This document shows positions 6,656 through 12,142 of a DNA stretch of 12,142 nt, one piece after another. The number at the start of each line of letters is the position of its first letter. Position 1 is the stretch's first letter. The DNA lies in contig CAZPWM010000095.1 of NCBI GenBank assembly GCA_964590575.1, positions 1 to 12,142 on the forward strand, given 5' to 3'. Origin of the DNA: an uncultured archaeon (GTDB taxonomy: Archaea; Asgardarchaeota; Thorarchaeia; Thorarchaeales; Thorarchaeaceae). Both the position numbers and the translations under genes were made by a program. Below the pieces are notes generated by a model that made no database searches, was not told the DNA's origin, and was given only the letters and a program-made list of their open reading frames with translations.

Positions 6656-7564
6656 ATGAGGAATATTCCATTCATTCAGACATCTGTTTTCGTTGACAAA
6701 AGGTATGATTTTGGAGGCAACCAGCTTGCTACTTTTTGGAAAGCTGAAGTGAATAAGACATTGAAAAAGGATGAGATGCAAGGCATCGCGCGAGAGATGA
6801 ATTACTCAGAATCAACATTTGTCTTTGAATCTAAAAGGAAGGATTGTTTGTCGAAAGTAAGGATTTTCACACCTCAAGTTGAACTTCCATTTGCTGGTCA
6901 TCCTACGTTAGGTACCGCATATGCCTTAAGACGAAAGAAGATCGCAGAACCGAAAATCGATAAATTCCGCTTAGAGCTAGGATTAGGTCCAATTGATGTA
7001 GAATTTCTTGGTAAGGAAATAATCAGTATGAAACAGAAGCCACCCGAGTTTCTAGAAATAATGGATAACCCTCGAGCCATAATGAAAGCATTAAGTCTCC
7101 CTGAGAAGTCAGTATCCGAAGATTCCCCGATACAATTTGTTTCAACTGGCAACCCATTTCTGATAATTCCGTTGAAATCTCTTGCATCAGTGCAAAAGGC
7201 ATCTCCGAACTCAGCGTCCATTCTCAAAGCTCTTGACGGCGCAGTTTCACAGGATGTACTAATATTCAGTACTGAAATAGTCCACGCAGACGCGAATGCA
7301 CATGCTCGAGTTTTTGCTCCTTCAGCTGGTGTACTTGAGGACCCTGCAACCGGGAGTGCCGCTGGTCCCCTTGGTGCTTATCTTGAGCATTATGATGTTC
7401 TTGCTTCTCACAGTACGGGTGATGTAATCACTGTTGAACAGGGTTATGAGATGAACAGACCAAGCAAACTCAAAATCCAGCTAGAAAGGAAGAAACAGAA
7501 GATCAATGTCTTTGTTTCTGGGCGAGTAAGGACTACAGCTGAGGGAACGTTCTATTTGAAATAG
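6656..7564 (+). CDS. PhzF-family (diaminopimelate-epimerase-like fold) isomerase
   Basis: GGNQLA, EMNYSESTF with the catalytic Glu, RIFTPQVELPFAGHPTLG, STGNP, EDPATGSAAG and EQGYEMNRPS. Confidence 0.9.
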   Translation: MRNIPFIQTSVFVDKRYDFGGNQLATFWKAEVNKTLKKDEMQGIAREMNYSESTFVFESKRKDCLSKVRIFTPQVELPFAGHPTLGTAYALRRKKIAEPKIDKFRLELGLGPIDVEFLGKEIISMKQKPPEFLEIMDNPRAIMKALSLPEKSVSEDSPIQFVSTGNPFLIIPLKSLASVQKASPNSASILKALDGAVSQDVLIFSTEIVHADANAHARVFAPSAGVLEDPATGSAAGPLGAYLEHYDVLASHSTGDVITVEQGYEMNRPSKLKIQLERKKQKINVFVSGRVRTTAEGTFYLK

Positions 7565-7590
7565 GAACTCCTCCAACTCACTGAACCGTT

Positions 7591-7600
7591 TGATATATAA
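7591..7600 (+). promoter_or_regulatory. Putative TATA box of the PadR operon
   Basis: TGATATATAA, about 47 nt upstream of the PadR ATG. Confidence 0.5.
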
Positions 7601-7607
7601 CGTACGT

Positions 7608-7644
7608 AGAACTCAACTGAGTAGAAATCTACGTAGTTGATTCT
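7608..7644. promoter_or_regulatory. Nested palindrome, candidate PadR operator
   Basis: AGAA-c-TCAACT-ga-GTAGA-aa-TCTAC-gt-AGTTGA-TTCT: 15 complementary pairs between the TATA-like box and the start codon. Confidence 0.6.
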
Positions 7645-7646
7645 GG

Positions 7647-8189
7647 ATGAGCAAACAGATTAAGTTATTCCTCCCTACGCCTGCAAAGCTCACTCCAATT
7701 CAATTGCTGATATTGATACAGCTACTAAATGCCTCCAAATATGGTTATGAAATTCTTCGAGGCCTTCGTGAAGGATTCAACGGAGCTTGGGAACCAAAAA
7801 CTGGGACAATGTACCCTGCTCTTCAGTCATTAGAGAAAAAAGGACATATCATCAAAAGTTACCAGGGTGAAAAAACTCACTATAGTCTCTCAGACGGAGG
7901 TAGAGCTATACTAGAAGAAATGAGTGATTATGTTGCTGAATATCTCTTGTTTAACTCACGATTTATAGAATCAACAGTAGCTAGCATGCCCCCTCTTTTC
8001 ACTCAAGAAGTATTTAGCAAGATACACGAAGCGGGAATTGATGAGATTCTTCCTGAAACAACAATTCTTGAGGCTGTTCGTGGTCTTCCCAACAAACAGT
8101 TGAGAAGAGCCTTTCTAGAACTACGAAAACAAACACTACTTCGGAAATTGAATCTAGTCAAAACGCAACTAAAGGAGTTGGATTCTTGA
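7647..8189 (+). CDS. PadR-family transcriptional regulator
   Basis: wHTH pattern LLILIQLL...KYGYEI...WEPKTGTMYPALQSLEKKGHI...YSLSDGGR followed by a helical, Leu-rich C-terminal domain. Confidence 0.9.
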   Translation: MSKQIKLFLPTPAKLTPIQLLILIQLLNASKYGYEILRGLREGFNGAWEPKTGTMYPALQSLEKKGHIIKSYQGEKTHYSLSDGGRAILEEMSDYVAEYLLFNSRFIESTVASMPPLFTQEVFSKIHEAGIDEILPETTILEAVRGLPNKQLRRAFLELRKQTLLRKLNLVKTQLKELDS

Positions 8190-9589
8190 AAGAGTATGAT
8201 ATCATAATCGTAGGCGCTGGGCCTGGTGGGTCTCTTGCAGCAAAGGAGGCTGTAGAGAAGGGTCTCAAGACCATCTTCTTTGAACGTGGTCGAAAACCAG
8301 GAGAGAAGAACTCCTCTGGCACCGGTCTGGGCCCACGATTATGGCGTGAATTTGACTTTATGAAAGAACTCAATCCTGAAGTATGCCCATCGATGAGAGC
8401 TGGTGCTGCAGCTCGGAATTACTTTGTCAATACTGAAGGCGAGGTCACCGGGTACATCATGACGAAACCGACAGAATCAGTGACTTATGAGCCTGCAAAA
8501 AGCTGGATTACAATGAACTGTTACCGAAGCGAGTTTGATCCTTGGTTAGCACAGTTTGCAGTTGATGCAGGAGCAGAACTGAAGACATCAACACTTGTCA
8601 CAGGTCTCTTGAAAGAAGATGGCAAAGTTGTTGGAGTTATTGATGAGAAAGGTGAGAGGTACAAGGGTTTAGTAATTGGCGCTGACGGCGCTGTTTCCTT
8701 GGTCGCCCAACAATCGGGGTTAAGACAGAGATGGGAGCAAAAACAAGTTACGATAGTTCCACAGTATGACTTTGAATGCTCTCCTTCCAAGATAGATGAT
8801 ATAATGGGGGACGAGGCATTAGCTGTTTGGTGGTCTGCAACCTTTCCTGCATCTTATCAGGTGTTCTTTAACGATGGGTTCCATGTAGGTCTAGGAAACT
8901 GGATGACATGGTGGGATAAGAACCCACTACATTATCTGAACAAAGTGGTCAATCTGAAGTACTTCAAGAGATTGGTTAGAATCTTGGATGCCAAACCTCG
9001 AGAGTTTCAAGCTCATCTCCTCCCGTGGCAGGGAATGCCACACGATACTCATTCTGACAACGTGATTCTAATAGGCGATGCAGGTGGATTTCCCTGTCCA
9101 TTAGAGGCAGAAGGTATCTATCCAGCAATGGTTACAGGAAGGGCTGCAATTGAAACCGCAGCCGAAGCCATATCTGCAGGTGATACATCCCAAGAGTTCC
9201 TTTCACTCTATGACAAAAAGTGGATGGCAACTTCAGTGGGTGAGGACTTCAAGGCGGGTCCGGAGTTATCAAGCATCTGGAGAGCACTCCCATTCAGTCC
9301 AAAAGAAACTATGTCTTGGTTTGTCCCTATGTTTATGGAAATTATTGGGGGAATCATTGATTGGTCTGAACCACATCCAGTCAGAGTGAGACAGGTTGCA
9401 CGGAGGGTTAAGCGATATCTTCCTCAGGCTGTGCCTTTCATCATGAAAGAAGTAATTCCACTATTGACTGCAATACTGGGTGAAGACAAAATGGATCTTC
9501 TAACAGATCCTGAGAAACTACTAACTGAGATGCCAGAGATTGAAGCAGCGATAACTCAAGCTTTCATGACACCTGATGAGGAGGAATGA
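8186..9589 (+). CDS. FAD-dependent oxidoreductase, FixC / geranylgeranyl-reductase family
   Basis: YDIIIVGAGPGG dinucleotide-binding motif, ERGRKPGEKNSSG (FixC-like), RSEFDPWLA, VIGADG and LIGDAGG..P...EGI. TTG start overlaps the PadR stop; SD AAGGAG at 8172-8177. Confidence 0.85.
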   Translation: MKEYDIIIVGAGPGGSLAAKEAVEKGLKTIFFERGRKPGEKNSSGTGLGPRLWREFDFMKELNPEVCPSMRAGAAARNYFVNTEGEVTGYIMTKPTESVTYEPAKSWITMNCYRSEFDPWLAQFAVDAGAELKTSTLVTGLLKEDGKVVGVIDEKGERYKGLVIGADGAVSLVAQQSGLRQRWEQKQVTIVPQYDFECSPSKIDDIMGDEALAVWWSATFPASYQVFFNDGFHVGLGNWMTWWDKNPLHYLNKVVNLKYFKRLVRILDAKPREFQAHLLPWQGMPHDTHSDNVILIGDAGGFPCPLEAEGIYPAMVTGRAAIETAAEAISAGDTSQEFLSLYDKKWMATSVGEDFKAGPELSSIWRALPFSPKETMSWFVPMFMEIIGGIIDWSEPHPVRVRQVARRVKRYLPQAVPFIMKEVIPLLTAILGEDKMDLLTDPEKLLTEMPEIEAAITQAFMTPDEEE

Positions 9590-9864
9590 AGTGGATGAAA
9601 ATTGACCACAAGAAACTCGTGAAGAGAATTCCTGGTACTGGCAACTTCATCAGTGTAGACAATGAGAAGTGTAATCTCTGTGGACGATGCCTTATTATCT
9701 GTGTTATGAATCTCTGGAAGAAACGCAATGATACAGTGTATATCGTTGATGACTACACCTCATATTGCTTGGAATGTGGAGCATGCTTCCAAGTATGTGA
9801 GAGCGATGCGATAAACTTCAGATTCCCTGCTGGAGGAACTGGAATAGTTTACGAGCAGGGTTAG
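9586..9864 (+). CDS. FixX-like 2x[4Fe-4S] ferredoxin
   Basis: CNLCGRCLIIC and CLECGACFQVC motifs; the C-terminus FRFPAGGTGIVYEQG resembles the FixX tail. ATGA overlap with the upstream stop; alternative start at 9595. Confidence 0.88.
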   Translation: MKWMKIDHKKLVKRIPGTGNFISVDNEKCNLCGRCLIICVMNLWKKRNDTVYIVDDYTSYCLECGACFQVCESDAINFRFPAGGTGIVYEQG

Positions 9865-9866
9865 CA

Positions 9867-9899
9867 ATGACTAAACAAGGACGCGAGGACCAAACATGA
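9867..9899 (+). other. 10-codon mini-ORF MTKQGREDQT bridging the ferredoxin and the FAD oxidoreductase (or a frameshifted N-terminus of the latter)
   Basis: ATG 2 nt after the ferredoxin TAG; its TGA (9897-9899) overlaps ATG 9896 as ATGA. Confidence 0.3.
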
Positions 9900-11329
9900 T
9901 TGCAGCGGTGACCAAGATCGTCGGAGCCGAGAGAGTCTCCAATAAACAGGAAGCACTTGATCAATACACTGGAACAATCTCTCCATCATTAGTTGTCTGG
10001 CCTTTATCAACTGAAGAAGTGGTTGAGCTAGTAGCCTGGGCTAATTCAAACTCAGTTGCACTTGTTCCTGTGAGTTCTGGAAGACCAAGACGCCGGGGTT
10101 CATCTTTTCCAAAAGTGAAGAATTCTGTGATTATTGACCTTAGCAGGATGAATAAGATCATTCGAGTTGATCCTAAGAACAAAGTGGTGATGATTGAACC
10201 CGGCGTAACTTTTGGGCAGTTGATACCTGAGCTAAAAAAGAATGGACTCCGGCCTTTGATGCCATTTCTCCCCAAGGCCTCGAAGTCAGTTCTTGCAAGC
10301 TGTCTTGATAGAGAACCTACAACAATCCCGCGATTTCACTGGGATCTTTCTGATCCACTCCTCTGTACTGAAACTGTGTTTGGTTCTGGTGATACGTTGA
10401 GGACAGGATCTGCAGCAGGTCCTGGTACACTAGAAGAACAGTGGGCTTCAGGGCAAGCTCAGAAGAATCCTCAAGGCCCCTCCCAGTTTGACCCATTTAG
10501 AATAATCCAAGGGTCTCAAGGGACTATCGGTATCACAACTTGGATTTCAATGAAGTGTGAACTTCTGCCAGAAGCGCATGACATCTATCTCATAGGGGCG
10601 GATAGTATTAATGAACTTGAGGCATTCAACTATGCTCTATTGAGAAGGAGACTAGTTGATGAGCACTTTCTGATGAACTCAGTTGCTCTATCAGCTGCCC
10701 TCGACTCAAAGAAGAAGATTCCACATTGGATTTTAGTTCTCGGTCTTTCTGGACATGGAATTCTTGCTCAGGAAGAAATTGAGTATCGGACTGGAGACAC
10801 CTTAGACATCGCAAATGAGATGAACGTGAAACTCACGAGGTCTCTTGGAGATATTAAAGGAGATGACGTAAAATCCCTTCTTAATCGGTCTAGCGGCACT
10901 CCCTATTGGAAATATGCTCCACGGGGTAATTGCAGCGAGGTGATTTTCACAACAACTCTTGATCAGGTTAGCAGTCTATATTCAAATTTCTTAGAGATAG
11001 CAGAACAAGCTAATTTTCCAAAGGAGCAGATTGGTGCTTATGTCCAACCAGTGGTCCAAGGTGTAACCACACACTGCGGATTTGATCTTTACTTTGACCC
11101 AGAGAATGACGAAGAAGTTGAATCAATGAATGCTCTCCTAGACAATGGTCAGCGGAAGCTATTGGATGATGGAGCGTTCTTCAGTAGACCATATGGAAGT
11201 TTCACAGATATAGTGTTTGAACAGACCTCGCCAGGGATGGTCAAGGCGATTCAAAGTGTCAAAGCAATCTTTGACCCAAACAATGTACTGAACCCTGGAA
11301 CTCTCTGCTTCAAGGAGGTGCCTAAATGA
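9896..11329 (+). CDS. FAD-binding oxidoreductase of the VAO/PCMH (GlcD-like) family, substrate unknown
   Basis: VVWPLSTEEV, IDLSRMNKII, IEPGVTFGQL, GDTLRTGS, GSQGTIGITT and C-terminal IFDPNNVLNPG. SD-like GAGGA at 9885-9889. Confidence 0.87.
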   Translation: MIAAVTKIVGAERVSNKQEALDQYTGTISPSLVVWPLSTEEVVELVAWANSNSVALVPVSSGRPRRRGSSFPKVKNSVIIDLSRMNKIIRVDPKNKVVMIEPGVTFGQLIPELKKNGLRPLMPFLPKASKSVLASCLDREPTTIPRFHWDLSDPLLCTETVFGSGDTLRTGSAAGPGTLEEQWASGQAQKNPQGPSQFDPFRIIQGSQGTIGITTWISMKCELLPEAHDIYLIGADSINELEAFNYALLRRRLVDEHFLMNSVALSAALDSKKKIPHWILVLGLSGHGILAQEEIEYRTGDTLDIANEMNVKLTRSLGDIKGDDVKSLLNRSSGTPYWKYAPRGNCSEVIFTTTLDQVSSLYSNFLEIAEQANFPKEQIGAYVQPVVQGVTTHCGFDLYFDPENDEEVESMNALLDNGQRKLLDDGAFFSRPYGSFTDIVFEQTSPGMVKAIQSVKAIFDPNNVLNPGTLCFKEVPK

Positions 11330-12142
11330 CCTTAGACCAATTTGAAGAGATGATGGACAGCTGCGTTCGTTGTTCCAAGTGTAAGTACATCCCACAGATA
11401 GCGATCAAGAGCCAGAGATTCTCTCACATATGCCCATCTGTCCAATATTACAATTTCCACGCATACTCAGGCGGCGGAAGAATGATCATGGCAAATGCCT
11501 ACCATAAAGGTCGGCTTGAATGGACTCCTGAGATGCTTGATGTTCTTTATCAATGCACCAACTGTGGTGGTTGCGAGGTTTCATGCAAGTGGGTGTATGA
11601 CTTTGAACCAAATGAGGTCATTCACGAACTTCGAGTACTAGCTGTCGAGTCGGGTGCTGGACCGATGCCTGCACACAAAAAGTACATCGAGCTTGTGAAG
11701 AGGGACAATAATCCCTATGGAGAACCCATCGAGAAAAGGTCCGATTGGCTTACTGATGACATTGAAGTTGATGAGGATTCTTCGACCCTCTACTTTGTGG
11801 GATGCACTGCAGCTCTCCGTAGGGAAGAGATAGCACAGAGTACTGCGAGAGTTCTCAATGCAGCTAACGAGCCCTTCAGAATTCTTGGTTCTGACGAAAT
11901 TTGTTGTGGAAGTCCAGTCTATCGAGTGGGTGACAGGAGGAGTGCAATAGACATCATGAAGGGGAATGTCGAACTCTTCAGAGAGAAGGGTGTGAAACGA
12001 ATCATCACAAGTTGCGCTGGTTGTTATAATATGTTTAAGACAGAGTATCCCCGATTTGTTGAGCACGACTTTGAAGTGATACACACCTCTCAGCTTATGG
12101 ATGAGCTACTGAAACAAGGTCGACTGAAACCAAGGAAGGAGG
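11326..12142 (+). CDS. HdrD/GlpC-like (Fe-S)-binding protein with a CCG domain, 3' truncated by the window edge
   Basis: Not in the ORF track. Manual translation gives MTLDQFEEMMDSCVRCSKC...ICPS...CTNCGGCEVSC...YFVGC...EICCG...ITSCAGC..., open for 272 codons to the window end. ATGA overlap with the upstream stop; SD AGGAGGTG at 11313-11320. Confidence 0.9.
   Translation, partial: MTLDQFEEMMDSCVRCSKCKYIPQIAIKSQRFSHICPSVQYYNFHAYSGGGRMIMANAYHKGRLEWTPEMLDVLYQCTNCGGCEVSCKWVYDFEPNEVIHELRVLAVESGAGPMPAHKKYIELVKRDNNPYGEPIEKRSDWLTDDIEVDEDSSTLYFVGCTAALRREEIAQSTARVLNAANEPFRILGSDEICCGSPVYRVGDRRSAIDIMKGNVELFREKGVKRIITSCAGCYNMFKTEYPRFVEHDFEVIHTSQLMDELLKQGRLKPRKE

Noticed and set aside
6656-7564. Phenazine biosynthesis cluster
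   Set aside because: No phzA/B/D/E/G homologues in the window; stand-alone PhzF-family genes are widespread.
8186-9864. Nitrogen fixation inferred from FixC/FixX similarity
   Set aside because: No nif genes in the window; FixCX-like pairs are common in non-diazotrophs.
9897-9911. Selenocysteine read-through of the mini-ORF TGA
   Set aside because: The frame meets another TGA four codons later and I see no SECIS-like structure.
5798-11395. ORFs 5798..6241, 6898..7227, 8158..8373, 8521..8790, 9150..9389, 9961..10275, 10626..10814 and 11159..11395
   Set aside because: Shadow ORFs of motif-supported genes.
11638-12084. 148-aa minus-strand ORF, the only track ORF in the last 750 bp
   Set aside because: Antisense to the HdrD-like gene starting at 11326, which has an SD, an ATGA overlap and Fe-S/CCG motifs.
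1-12142. CRISPR array, tRNA/rRNA, IS element, prophage or defence system
   Set aside because: All intergenic gaps are under 180 bp with no spaced repeats or cloverleaf, and I saw no transposase, integrase or nuclease motifs.

Overview
Gene-dense prokaryotic window with no RNA genes, CRISPR array or mobile element that I can see. It is probably archaeal and Asgard/Thorarchaeota-like; this is an inference from TATA-like boxes, GGTG-type Shine-Dalgarno (SD) sites and gene content. There are three blocks. (1) A Liv-type ABC importer (livG, livF and the start of a coupled downstream gene; minus strand) diverges from an acyl-CoA synthetase, KAS III-like condensing enzyme and MaoC/PhaJ hydratase operon. 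The KAS III-like protein has Cys/Arg/His at the positions of the FabH Cys/His/Asn triad. (2) Three genes of separate function: a tandem SRPBCC/AHSA1 protein, a CTP-dependent phytol/dolichol-kinase-family membrane protein and a PhzF-family isomerase. (3) A tightly coupled operon: PadR, a FixC/geranylgeranyl-reductase-family flavoprotein, a FixX-like 2x[4Fe-4S] ferredoxin, a 10-codon bridging ORF, an atypical VAO/PCMH-family FAD oxidoreductase, and an HdrD/GlpC-like CCG Fe-S protein that the ORF track missed and that runs off the window end. A 37-bp nested palindrome lies just downstream of its TATA box. Block 3 (no ETF genes in view) and block 1 (no ACP gene in view) are the best candidates for uncharacterised systems.
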